From the NCBI RefSeq assembly GCF_009834535.1, contig NC_045697.1, forward strand, positions 33,420,001 to 33,484,000: 64,000 nucleotides of DNA, given 5' to 3'. The translations under genes were made by a program, and so were the position numbers. The notes beneath the pieces were generated by a model. That model did not search any database. It saw nothing but the letters and a program-made list of their open reading frames with translations, and was not told where the DNA came from. The stretch comes from Camelus ferus. Taxonomy: Eukaryota. This document shows, in pieces, positions 51,716 through 64,000 of this stretch (the stretch's first letter is position 1; each line of letters begins with the position of its first letter).

Positions 51716-52829
51716 TATTAAAGGAGAAAGATGGAAAAGATTCAGAATTTGAGGTATTGAGGCTTGGGTCAATTCTTGAAGAAGTGGAGAATATTGTAAG
51801 ACACATCAATATTGAAAAGGAAGACTAGGAGAAAAAATATCCACATTCATGGTCAAACTATAGAAACTCATTTTTCAAAGATATAAAGAACTAGAACGAA
51901 AAAGAATGAATTTATATGGAACTTTTTAATGTTAATTGTAAGGTCCTTCTGGTGTGTTTTGATGTCAAAAACATTCAGAATCTTTTACTATTAAGTGTGT
52001 TTTATTGATTTGTAAGTCTTTGAAATGATGGTCCTTTTAGTTAAAATAAAGCAACTTATTATTGAGTAAAATATACATTTAATTTGGAAAAAACATTCCT
52101 TTCAAGATTTGTTTACAAAGAATACAGTTTAAAATGGTTTACACATCCCCAGTGACGTGGGGTCTTCACAACTTACATCTACATTTGTAACCTTTACTAG
52201 TGTTAAATTCCCATCCACTCTCTAAAAATTAAAATAAAATTTTTTAAAATAAAATGGTTTACACAGTTTTTAAAAATCCTTTAAATTATTCTTTTCCTAA
52301 GCTGCTTATGAGTTGTTTATATGATAAAAGTGTCACAGGGAAGGATAATAAATTGTATCTTATGCTGTGGTTAAATTATAGTGATCAAGTCCATGATGTT
52401 ATCAAGTCCACTGGACAATATTATGATTCAAGGTGAAAGCCATCTTGTCAAAACATTGTTTTCTTTAGCCTTGAAGTGAAGACCCATCTAGTATTGTCAA
52501 AACAATAAGATAAGACATGAAACTTCTCTTGCTATTCATGTTTATTCATTTAAAAAACTTAGATAGAATTATTATTCAATGACTAAATGTTAATGTTAAG
52601 AAACTGGAAACTTAAAATAGATTTCTAAAAGTAATTATTTAAGGGGAAAATTCCTTTGTACAGCTGATAAGGAAGAAATGAGAAAAGCTTAATATCTAAG
52701 CAAAAGATTCTTTGTAGACCACATTCTTAAGAATCTGATTAAAATATACCAAAATGACAGGTGCATTTAGAGGAGAAAGAAATTTATTTTCATCTGTGTT
52801 TTAACTTTTGTTGATCAAAAAAGAGTCCA

Positions 52830-53035
52830 TAAGAGAAAAGAGGGCAGGAAGGCGAAAAGAAAGAAAAGAAAAGAAAAGAACAGAAAAAGAAGGAAAGAAG
52901 GAAGAAAAAGAAAGAAAAGAAGGAAGGAAGAAAGGAATGAAGGAAGGAAGGAACGGAGGGAGGGAGGAAGGAAGGAAGGGAAAGAGAGAGGAGGCAGGGA
53001 GAGAGGAAAGTAGAAGGAAGAAAAAAACAAAGAGA
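52830..53035. repeat. Purine-rich (GAAAA/GGAA/GGGA)n low-complexity tract
   Basis: Almost no pyrimidines on the + strand for ~200 bp. Confidence 0.95.
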
Positions 53036-53109
53036 CAAATTATGAGACATAGAATTTCAGTAGTAAAAGTTGTCAAGAAGTCATCACCCTCAGTGACCTA
53101 TCCAGTTAA

Positions 53110-53429
53110 TTTGTTTTTTTATTTATTTTTCATTGAAGTAGAGTCAGTTTAAATGTGTCAATTTCTTGTGTACAACATGCTTCAGTCATACATATACATA
53201 CATATATTCATTTTCATATACTTTTTCATTATAGGTTATTACAAGATATTGAATATAGTTCCCTGTGCTATACAGAAGAAACTTGTTGTTTACCTGTTTT
53301 ATGTATAGTAGTTAGTATTTGTACATCTCGAACTCCCAATTTATCCCTTCCCATTTTCTTTTCCCCTGGTAACCATAAGTTAGTTTACTATGTCTGTGAG
53401 TCTGCTTCTGTTTTGTAGATAAGTTCATT
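53110..53429 (-). mobile_element. L1 3' end, 5'-truncated (camelid/cetartiodactyl type)
   Basis: T-rich tail, then attgaagtagagtcagttt...tatagttccctgtgctatacag...ggtaaccataag. TSD-like ctatccagttaattt / ctacgcagttaactt (12/15). Confidence 0.88.
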
Positions 53430-54439
53430 CTACGCAGTTAACTTTTTTAAAATGCTTTTTTTTAATGCTTCTTAAAATGCTTTCTTGAAATAGTAAGGGC
53501 ATTCCTAATGAAGAAGAACATACAATTGTAACATAGGTTAATAAATTAGCAAATGCTAACATTAAGCCAAAATCTGCCTTTCTTCGCTTTCTACAGGTCA
53601 GCTTTACTTTGATCTTTGCACCTGCGAAAATAGTGATTTTTCAATTTGCACTTTATAATGTAGACATAACTTCAAAAAGAATGCAGTAAGCTTTGTTTAC
53701 TTACTGTCGGAGTAAGTAAACCATGTAGGAGATATGACGTGGTACCTACCAGGCACTCTTTGTCTTCTGGAAGTGTTAAACCTTTCACTCTAGCTATGAC
53801 TTCTACCAATAGGAATCACTGCTACTAAGTCTCCAAATTATTCAACTACCTTTTGTTTGTTTGTTTGATTTTTTGTCCACTCCTCCTTTCCCAGCTCTGC
53901 ATATAATCATTCCATTCCTCCTTTCAGAGAGGATATGATTTTTAAAAAAAAGTTTGGCAAGCTTTGAAGTTAGTGAAAATTGGTTTAAACCAAGTTTTGT
54001 TAGATCACACTAACCTTCTAACTAGTACACCACCCTTTCATGTTGACCAGAAAGACAACGTGATAAATATATTCACAACTCACTTTCAAAGATTAAATTA
54101 TCATTGCTACTCAAGAATTTTCAAATACATCCAATTATCAGGAATTTCCTTACTGTACATCTAGATATGTCATTCAAAGAACCAGTATTTTCCATGGAAG
54201 TGTTCACAAATGCAGCAATTCAGTAAGGCAGCAAGTTGTAAGGGAAAAATTTTCTTTTTTGGAATGTCCTAGCTTATGTAATTTTTTTCAAGACTATTTG
54301 CCAAACGTGTTGAACTATTCTAAAAGAAAAATATTACTTTGTTTTTTGGCTATTTGCCCAGGAAACATAATCTATGGGTTGGAACCCCTAGAAATTTTCA
54401 ATATTTCCTTGCAGTTATGTTTTCCAGTGGAAATAGTTG

Positions 54440-54930
54440 TAGAGTGAATTATCATTCCCAGTATGTAAAGCCTCACCCCCCATTCATAATAGTTGGTTAA
54501 CACCTACCCAATGTGATAGGACTTGCTAATGAATAATGTGGGAAGAATATATATCTCAGCCTTATTGATTTTGGGCTTAGCCATGTGATATACTCTTGAC
54601 AATTGGATGTCAGTAGATGTGCTGTTGATCATGTTAAGCAGAAGCTTTAAAATTATTTTAGAGTCTGTTTCAGGCTCTCATATTACTATCTTATTCTATG
54701 AGAATAGCATGTCTCAAATAGGGGCAGATCTTTCAGCCTGGTCCTGAAATGAGAGGACATGTTGGTGCAAACTTTCTACTGGTCACCAGCCTGGATTATA
54801 ATCACAGTATCCTTACAGACTTCATGACACTTGAGCAAGAAATAAATTGTGTGTGTGTGTGTGTTGTAAATCCTTAAAATCTGGGAGTTGTTTGTTACAT
54901 AGCATTATCTTGCAAAAACTGATTAATGTA
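54440..54930 (+). mobile_element. MLT1I/J-like MaLR solo LTR
   Basis: gggcttagccatgtga...gcagaagcttt...tttcagcctggtcc...aataaa...gttgtttgttacatagcatt...aactgattaatgta. Internal (TG)n. Confidence 0.7.
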
Positions 54931-55489
54931 CTGGTCAGTAACTTTGATCTCAGTCTCAAAGGAGGTTGTTATCCCAAAAAAGGCCAATAGTTACCGTTAC
55001 ATAATGTGCCATGATGGCACAAAACTTTGGCAATTCTCTGCTATACTTCTTCATAATATATTGTCAAAGTAGATCATTCAGCCTGCAGGTTCATCTTAGG
55101 AAAAGATTTTCACATGAATCCATGATTATCATTTAGTTTACCCTCATGCTATAGACAAGAAAATTACTCTGGTTCTTAGCCTCTGATTTCTTCATCTAAG
55201 TCTTACTTGTTCCTTCCTGAAATCCTCATTTACATCTTTGGAGTTCTAATTAACAAAAGTTAAGAACTAAAATGCTGTTATTATAAAAATTACATTCCAG
55301 TCTTTTCCAAGCACTTTAAAATATGAGTTGTCCTTTAAATATTTGAAGAGTACATTTGTTTCATTTTCTTCAATTAGACATTTTTGAAAGATGTCACATA
55401 TGCTGCTTACCTGTCCTATTACTCAATATCCAGATTCCTGAAATTTCTGAATTTATATGATTTGTGCGAGATATGAAGGTTCATAGAGC

Positions 55490-55615
55490 AACTCTTAACT
55501 TCAATGACATATTGAGGTTCAGAGACGTTAATGGATATAACTAAGCTCACACAGCTTGTCAATGGGAGAACTGGAACTTTAACCTAGGACTTTTGTCTCT
55601 CAATCTGCTCATCAT
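55490..55615 (-). mobile_element. MIR fragment
   Basis: attgaggttcagagacgttaa...aagctcacacagct...ctggaactttaacctaggac. Confidence 0.65.
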
Positions 55616-57008
55616 TGTTGTGGAAATGTGCTGCAATTTAAAAGAATATAAATAAGTAACCAATAGACTGATTGATTTAAGCATTGAAAAGTAGGCAAAA
55701 TTTGCAAACATCCAGGAATATTGTCATTCTTGATAGAACCATACAAAAACTTAAGATCAGGATTGTCTGAAGGCTTGAAAGGTAAAACTCTTTAGAGTAC
55801 TAAGAAGTTTCCCAATGACTTAATCTCCACTAATTGCTCTTTAATAATTCTGCTAAACGTGTCCTAATTCACTTCTGGATATGCATTTGATATATGATAA
55901 GTAAGTATAAATATATGGCTCAAAAATATAATTCTCCTGCCCCCAAATCAAATATATGCATAGAAATTTCTAGGAATATATTTTGGAGATCAATCACCGC
56001 TTATATCTACCTTTGTGCATCGTTTAGTAATAAAAAAAAAAAAAAACCTAGTCAGTCAAGTTAATTCAACAAACAGTTTTTAACTACTTAATATATAACA
56101 AGCCCTCCATTTTATATGAGAGATATCAAGATAAATATAGTCTGGCATTTGTTCTCAAAGCATTCACAGTCAAAAAGAAGCATCTATCGGTCTGGGAGAT
56201 AGTGCAGCCCTTTCACTGTGAAAGCATATAATCTAAATTTTTAATTTATATAAATGTCATCATGAATATTATAATACGTCATTTTCCCTTCATGAAACTC
56301 GTACGCATGACCACTGCTTCTCTTTTATTCTGAAAGGTCTGCGGTTAGCGCTAACCCCGAGCAAGTCCTATCAGAGGCCGTGGCCTTAGTTGCCAAGGGT
56401 TGCATCTTTGTATTGCTCTGAGAAGTTGAACGTGATTTTCATGTAAAACATACTTAAATGTTATAGTAGCATTCCCCCAATGCTTCCCCTTTTCCTCTGT
56501 GTTGATAAGCATTCAAATATGTTCACTGAAGAGATTTTTACATTATTTCTTCAAATGGGAGAAATTTTCATTTAGCAGGCAATTATTTGGAGTGAATGGA
56601 AGCTAAATAAAGTGCCTTTTACCTAATTTCCTCTGGTTAATATTACTTTCTAGCTAGTAACTGCTTCAGCAACTGCCAAAACAAAGGAACTCACGGCTCC
56701 CCATGCCTCCCTACCACACACACTGGCAGTGGTGCTGAACTTGAACTGCCATCCTCCGGGAGAAGGAGAGCAGAGACATCAATGAAACATTCTGTTCCCT
56801 TCATGTAAAATATGTCTTGTTTCCTCATAGGACTCTCAAGAATAAAGGCAAACAGCAGGATTGAAACGATTGATGGCTGAAAATTTCAGGAAATGATAAA
56901 AGATGCATGTCAAAATGCCAGATCTGTGATTCACTTCTGTTACTTCTTTTAAGACATGGCCCACAACTCACCTTTTTAAGGAAGGTTTCCTTTTAGCCCA
57001 TCTGTGAG

Positions 57009-57137
57009 TAAGGTGACCTTATAGTTTATTGCCTGACTGGAACACTGTTGAGAATGAAATGGAGCAATAAATAATAGGGCTGAGACAAAAGGCATCAACT
57101 GTACTGTCCCTGTGAAACTGGGGTGAATGGCCACCAT
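57009..57137. mobile_element. MER94 hAT-Blackjack MITE
   Basis: TIRs aggtgacc...ggccacc; body tagtttattgcctgactggaacactgttgagaatgaaa...actgtccctg...aaactggg matches recalled MER94 (~130 bp). Confidence 0.75.
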
Positions 57138-57234
57138 CTCCATGAAGCCAGAAATATCCCCTCAAGATTCTAATAGTATTTACTGCAGGTTTTACTTATT
57201 TGACATTCAGCATGTGCTACAGGGGCTTTCTTCT

Positions 57235-57415
57235 ATTTTATGTGTATGTTCTGTGGCCTTGACTTGGTTAATAATATCTTTTGAGAGCAGAGAGGATAAC
57301 CTTTATTTTTTTTTTCTCTAGATCCTAACACAAATCCTACACACAGCATGCACGCATGAGGTATGTTTAAGGCAGTGCACGAACAGAGTCGGTGCTTAAT
57401 TGTTTGTTGAAGCAA
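57235..57415 (+). mobile_element. L2 3' end
   Basis: tcttttgagagcagagagga...gcacgaacagagtcggtgcttaattgtttgttgaa. Confidence 0.55.
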
Positions 57416-57982
57416 TGTACATTAGTCAGTGTTCTCCAGAGACACATAGCCAGTAAGGTTCTGATATATTTATGTGTGTGTTTATTTATATATGTGTGTG
57501 TGTAAATATATATATATGTATATGTAGATTTATTATATGGGAATGGCTCATGTGATTACAGAGGCTGAGAAGACCTGTAGTTGGCAAGTTGGAGCTCCAG
57601 GAGGACGATGTGTAGTTATAGACCAAGTACAAAGGCCTGAGAACCAAGAGAACTGGTGTAAGTTCAAGTCTGAAAGCCAGCAGTTTCAAGACCCAAGGAA
57701 AGCTGAATTTTCAGTTGAGTCCAAAACCAGAAAAAGACTGATGTCTCAGCTCTACAGTCGGGAATCTCCTCCTACTCGAGGAATAGTCCCCCTTTTGGTT
57801 TTATTCAAGCCTTCAGATGATTGGAGAGGGCCACCCACCTTGGGGAGGCCAGTCTGCTCAGTCTACTGATTCAAATGTTAATGTCATTTACACACACCAC
57901 AGACACACCCAGAATAAAGTTTGATCAAACCTCTGGGCATTTTGTGGCCCAGTCAAGTTGACACATTAAATTAAACATCATA
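57416..57982 (-). mobile_element. MLT2B-like ERVL solo LTR
   Basis: attagtcagtgttctccagaga...tggctcatgtgattacagaggctgagaag...gattggagagggcc...gtggcccagtcaagttgacacattaaattaaacatca. Confidence 0.88.
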
Positions 57983-58364
57983 GACTATACTCAATTAAAA
58001 TAAAAATTAAACATCACAGAATTCAGGGCATGATATTTGTAGTGATAGTGACTTTTGTTAATATTATCATATCTTTACCTGTACAACTTGATTTTAGCTA
58101 AGTGTATAATGGTTTATTTCTACTACGAGATGATAAGATCTTTGCTTCCACTAGATTTTCCCCAAGTGCCTAGAATCATACTTGTTAATTCTATTAATGA
58201 CAACAACTTAGGAACTGGGAAGATACAAAGGTGAATAGGGCATGGTCGCTGCCTTCAGAGACCTGAAGTTCTTATTTCAAGGAGGAGATGAATACACATA
58301 AAAGATGATTCACAGTAGAGTCAATAAATCATGTATGTCTGCAGTACAAATGGAAAATATAGAA

Positions 58365-58620
58365 GAGTGTAGTGGAAAGTGTAAAGATTTGCAGTCAGAA
58401 ACCTGTGTTTGAGTAACTTCTGTATCATTTCAGAAAGACCTGTATTTGAATCCAGCTTTATGAGTTTATAGCTGTGTGAGCTTTGACATTCAGAACTTCA
58501 TTTACTCCACTGTAAACTATGAACAGTAATAAACTTTTGTCATATAATTGTTAGAATTAAATGAGTTGAGGGACTAGTATGTAGTACTCAAATCCCTATT
58601 GTAATAACATCGCCATTATG
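58365..58620 (+). mobile_element. MIR with small internal duplication
   Basis: gtgtagtggaaag...cagaaacctgtgtttga / cagaaagacctgtatttgaatcc...gctgtgtga...gaattaaatgag. Confidence 0.65.
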
Positions 58621-61600
58621 AACACTATCTTTGTTATTACATCAACAGCTCTGATTTTGAGCCTTTCTTTTCATTGTTATCATTAAATATGAAGAATACT
58701 AAGCCCAGATGATTATTATAAAGGGTAAATGATATGATATATGTTTAAGGTTTTAGTTAATTTAAAACAATAATACAATTATTAACTGGAAGTATCATTG
58801 GCATTTCTATGACACAGAGTGGAAATGTGTCACAGATGGTATAGCCGTGTCTATTATTCTACAACTATTTACAATTGAAAATTAATTGGGCCAACAAACA
58901 ATTCAAAGAACTGTTCTCTAAAATGTTTTCATTGTTCTGCTCTATTCCTTTCCTATATTCTTTTTATAAGAGCACATAATTGGATATGAAACAGAAAATT
59001 TCAAAATCTGAGGTAGCAACATCCGGGAGAACGTGGAAAAATATAAAAAGTAAACATAAACTTAGGGAGATATTTTCAAATGGCTCTCAAATAGGAAGAT
59101 TTTCTCTTTTGGCCAAAAATCAGAAAGGTCGGTATAAGCCTTACTCTCACCACATGACTTTCAGAAAAGTCATTCTTTCTCATGGTAGAAAATAAAATAG
59201 GAAAAGGCACAAATGCAAGAACTGAGTTTGTAAAGACCATGCTTTAGCTAAAAAGAAATAGAAATGCAAAAACCACAGGTATTTAGTTGAAATTTCCTCC
59301 CTGTAAAACTGAACTCTGAGCAGATCCAGACAAAGAGGCTAAGCATGTGAATTAAAACATCAGGCCCAATACACACATGGGATAACTTAAAGGCAGACTC
59401 CAGACGCGAGCAATGTAGAACTAGGACATGAAAAAAAAGGATCCAAAGATGACCTGAGTGTCTCAATGTGAAAGTCCAATTCAATCAAGATCCAAAGTAT
59501 AATTAGAACTGTAGGTAAATTATAATTCGGTGTGTTCATATTTATACTTAAGTGTACCTGAAAAGATGCTTTAGAAATCATGAGAGCGAAAAAAGAACAA
59601 AATCTTATGGGCTTTTCAAATGTATGAATCTTATTTCATTTGTATTTTATTTTAGGTGCACGTAGGAAAGGCATGTGACTGATCGATAGCATCTAGTGAT
59701 GGGTTATCATCGCTCATATTTCCCTTTACACATCTTGTTTTTCAGAGTTGCTAACATTTTATTTCAATTAATTTTAATTAATTAATATCAATTCCATATC
59801 AAATAGTTTAGAGTCAGAAAGATCTAATTTATCTAAATTTATAAATTTAAATTTATAATTCAATATCATACTTCTCATATTTGTTTTTGATCTTGAGCAA
59901 GTAATTTGGAAAGAAAACAGTGCCTGCTTTGTAGAGTATCATGGGTTTAAATGACATATAAAGAGTTTAGCAGAGCAAGTATGATTTCATAATAAGGATT
60001 AGTCATGAGCAATTTTTATAATAACAGATCCTCAATTCAAAGAAAAACAATAAGGAAGACTTTCATCCTTCCAGAATGTTTTTCTCCCTTTTTTTAATCT
60101 TTTCATTATGTTGTCTTGTTTTCTTCTCTGTCCTTTACTTCTTAGCACTATTAGAAAAAAAATAAAGGAAGAGGAAGAGGATGATTAAAAAAGAGCTTTA
60201 TCTAAGATTGTTCAACCTTCACATTATGCAGTGGTGCCAGAGAAAGAGAAGAAAGCACAAGAGAAGTGTATGAAACAGCTGAGTGGGTAGAAGGTAAGGG
60301 CTGTAAGTTGGGTCAACAGAAAGGTGTGATAGAAAGAAACAGTAGCTAACTGACAAACCATTCTTTGCCATAATATCCAGGGTTGACTTAGCCCTTAGCT
60401 GGGAGCCAAATATCTTTAAAGTACCACCTGGCCCTATAAACATCACAATATGTCTTCACTTCTAGTTCTTGGGATTCAGGTAATGGAAGCTTCTGTAGTA
60501 GAAAAGAACATCTTCAACTTTCCATGGAAAATGATTTGGCAAAACCACAATGGTTTCTTTGGACAAAGATCATCATCTGGAAAGGCATATACATGTAAAT
60601 GTGTTCTGTCATATTTTTTGTTATTTTTAACCATTAGAATGTAATAGTTGAATTCAATGTGGAGGAAAAAAAGTATACATAGTATTATATTTGTTCAGCT
60701 ATCAACTATCAATGGAGACGTGGTCTAGTCATTTCAATTTCAGGGCCTTGGTTTCTTCATTTGCATAATGTAAAATTGTAACATTTTTCCATATTTCTAT
60801 GATTTTTCTAATAGCAATCCAAAACTCATCCGTATGAGATATGAAAATTTGTAAAGGGTTTGGTCACTCAGTCTATGGCCAGGTACTCAACAGTAGCTAA
60901 AACACCATGCTGCTTTAGTCCTGAATTAACAAAATGAACAATTGTAAACCTTTACATTCGCTTGCTGAAAGCCTCCTTAGAATCATTCTGCTAGAATAGT
61001 CTTCATTAACACTCATCTGTTAATTAGAGTAAATTCCTTGTGCACTTCAATGCTTAGGAAATAGATGGGCAAGAGAGAGTGAAATGATGGATATGATTTG
61101 CTGTTTATACTTAGAAAATCCTTTTGGTTTCTACCACTTCCAGAAATCAAAAAATTATTTGTTCCTTAAGTTAAAGCTATACTCAAACAAACAATTTTAA
61201 TGTATCCAGATTCTTACTTTAAAAGTATATACAAAAAAAAAAGAAGTAAAATCTTTGTAGTGGGAAGTTATTGTTGCCTGAGAGCCATTATTTAGAAGAT
61301 GAACTTTCATTGTGCAGTTCATGTAGCTATGGTAGAAAATCAAGCTGACACTGCTTTGATGCTGAAGATATTTTCTAGACATAACTTTTAAATACATTCC
61401 TGTTATGCTTGGCTGTCAGATTTGTTTCTTCAAAAGCAGAGAACAGGAAAAAAAATTCAGATTCATTGAGAAGCGATGGTTTCATCTTCAATTCGTTCAC
61501 ACTTTCAGCCGCACTCCTTTCAAGATCTCCTTGCATCATAGCAGCACTCACTGGTGAAAAAGAATGCAGTTTCCTGATACACCCTATTCCAAGTAATAAA

Positions 61601-61928
61601 CTTAGCATCTAGTCTCTAGTCTTCATCTTCAAAGCACTTGGTAAACATTAAATAATTAATCCCCACAACACATTTGGGAAGAAGGCATACATTATTATCA
61701 CCACGACAATACTGGAGGCTCCCTGAATTTAAATGAGTTGCCTGAGGCTGCACATCAAGTTATTATCAGAGTTGAAATTACTTGCTGATTCCCATTCTCA
61801 TTTTAAGACTTCTTTGGTCTCCTGTCCTAAGAAGAACCCATGCCCACTGTCTGCATAATTTTCATAAAGGATCAACAGTGTGTTGCAAATATAATTTGTG
61901 TATTTGCATTAATAAGTTTGGACATGGT

Positions 61929-62361
61929 CATTCTAAGTGAAGTAAGCCAGAAAGAGAAACAAAAATACCATGTGATATCACTCATATGGGGATTCTAAAA
62001 AAAGAAAAAAAGAAGACACTAATGTACTCATCTACAAAACAGAAACAGTCTTGCAGACATAGTAAACAATCTTATGGTTACCGGGGGAAATGGGGTGGGA
62101 AGGGATAAATCTGGGAGTTTGAGATTTGCAAATATTAACTACTATATACAAAAATAGATGAAAACAAATTTTTTCTGTATAGCACAGGGAACTATATTCA
62201 ATATCTTATAATAACCTTTAATGAAAAACAATATGAAATCAAATATATAACTATATTTATATATATAACTGGGACACTTATTTATATATAATATATAACG
62301 GGGACATTATGCTGTACACCAGAAATTGACATATTATAACTGAATATACTTCAAAAAAAAA
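61929..62361 (+). mobile_element. L1 3' end, 5'-truncated (camelid type)
   Basis: cattctaagtgaagtaagccagaaagagaaa...tatagcacagggaactatattcaa...gctgtacaccagaaattgac...tacttcaaaaaaaaa. Confidence 0.9.
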
Positions 62362-62644
62362 GAATTATTACTTACAATAAACTATATATATGTGGTTTCA
62401 TCTGCATGTCAGGGCAAACATCTAATACCCAGCATCATTATTCTTCATATTGTTTTGTGAGTGACCCTCTGGTTCATGAGAGCCCCAGGCTCCTATTCCA
62501 GTCCTTAGCTCAGGATGGCACATAGACCTCATTTTACCTTTTTATCTTTTAACCTCCCATGTACGTGGGGTCTCTGGCCCTATTGTATATGTGGGTTTCC
62601 CATAGAAATAAAATTAAATTTGATTTTCTCCCATTAAAAATAAT
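62362..62644 (+). mobile_element. ERV1 LTR-like U3/R fragment, probably 3'-transduced by the upstream L1
   Basis: cctcccatgtacgtgggg...AATAAA (62607-62612) ATTAAA tttgattttctcc, then an A-rich tail. Lies inside the TSD shared with the L1. Confidence 0.55.
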
Positions 62645-63699
62645 AATAATTTTGGACATGGTAAATTCAAATGTAGTAACCAGTAAGCATATGAAATCGA
62701 TTTTATTTCAATTTGTTCTGACAGTGACCAAAGAATTTCACCTTTAAACAAGACATCAGCTAATGGCTGTCCTGGAAGGAAATGATGCTATCTTCAACAA
62801 GATAGTAGATCTAGGCTTCAAAAATCCTACTATTAAAATGGAATATATCACATTTTTACCCTAATAGGTAAAATGGACTTTTGGCAAGAGCAATGGATAT
62901 GCTCTAAGGAAATACTTGGTGAGGTTTAAAAGTGAAAGAAGCATCTTCATTAGCATTTGTTGAACACTGAGTCCTTGCTAAGAACTGTATGTGGCAAAGA
63001 ATTAATCATAGTCTAAATCTCGTGGGCTCAGGTGATAATGTTATTAATATTCACTTGTAAGTAGCTGCAGTTGTACTTACTAATAAAACCCCAAATGAAA
63101 TGCAGGTCATTCCTCCAGCAATCCCTACACTCAGTATCTCAGAATGTGTACATTCTGTATCTCCCAATTTAGGGAGCTCTGCAAGACAGAGCCGTGACCT
63201 GACACTTATCACAGAATTAGCAGAATCTTAACCCTCATCATGTCCAGCTGATAAACAGCCTTTTGTGAGCTGAACTCATGTTGCTTCTCTGCTAATTGTC
63301 CAGTTAGATTCATATGGCGTTGCTGAGCCTCTAAACAAATTAGGTTAATTGGAATCAGGAATGGATCAGCAACCTCGGTCCTCAATCTGTTTCGTGGTTC
63401 TCCTCAACTCATTACTTTCCTTCTTTCAACTCCTTGTACAACCAAAGTCCTGCTCATTCTCTCTGTCTGACTCTGTTGTGACTGTATCTTATTATAAAAG
63501 TGATTCAAAATGAATTATTTGGGGAACAAGCGGCAAATCACAACTCAACAGCGTCAACAGAATCAACACCTTTAAGATGCACCTTGTGAATGTTAATTTC
63601 ATGTGATTTTCCAAGTATGTGTGTAATCCTTCAGGACTTTTCATCTTGTTATTTGAGGTCCTCTTTTGATAGAATAGAACCTGGTCCTGAAAAGGACCT

Positions 63700-64000
63700 T
63701 AACATGTCCATCTGATCTAGCTCCTAGTCAGAGATTATATTAAATCCACTTTACAGGTTAAGAAACCCTTAATGGGATAAGAGAATTTCCTAATTTTCCA
63801 TAATTAGGGCATTAGTATTTTGGTCTTCTGCTTCATAATTTATTGAGTTTCAGCTATGACACGTTCCCTCCATACTATTTCTAATAGCTAATATTTATTA
63901 AATGATCACTATGCTCCAAAAAATGGTGAAGTGTTTTACAATGCATTACATTAATGAATGCTTACAAGCTTTAATTCCATTTCAGAAGAAGAAAACACCC
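63700..64000 (-). mobile_element. MIR fragments (two)
   Basis: cactttacaggttaagaaac at ~63748; atagctaatatttattaaatgatcactatg at ~63884. Confidence 0.55.

Noticed and set aside
52790..53152. Lys/Glu/Arg-rich and Phe/Ser/Leu-rich overlapping ORFs
   Set aside because: Artefacts of the polypurine simple repeat.

Overview
AT-rich, CpG-poor, repeat-dense eutherian genomic DNA, intergenic or deep intronic. Two tRNA-Ala-derived SINEs resembling the camelid vic-1 family and cetartiodactyl-style L1 3' ends suggest a camelid genome (inference). I found no supportable protein-coding exon, RNA gene, CpG island or CRISPR/prokaryotic system. The supplied ORFs are best explained as chance, low-complexity sequence or L1 relics. 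The window is a mosaic of ancient L2/MIR/L1M/HAL1, many MaLR (MLT1) and ERVL (MLT2) LTRs, two ERV1-type solo LTRs, hAT-type MITEs (MER63, MER91, MER94, MER96, MER102) and younger 5'-truncated L1 tails. Family names are recalled by eye, not from a RepeatMasker run. The best structural observations are: an apparent L1 3' transduction of an LTR-like fragment bounded by an 18-bp target-site duplication (TSD) (61911-62662); a ~19-nt ultra-truncated L1 insertion with a 17-bp TSD; two abutting L1 tail insertions; and a near full-length HAL1. Several repeat-free stretches carry motif clusters or splice signals and are candidate enhancers or non-coding exons only. I did not find convincing evidence of a novel biological system.
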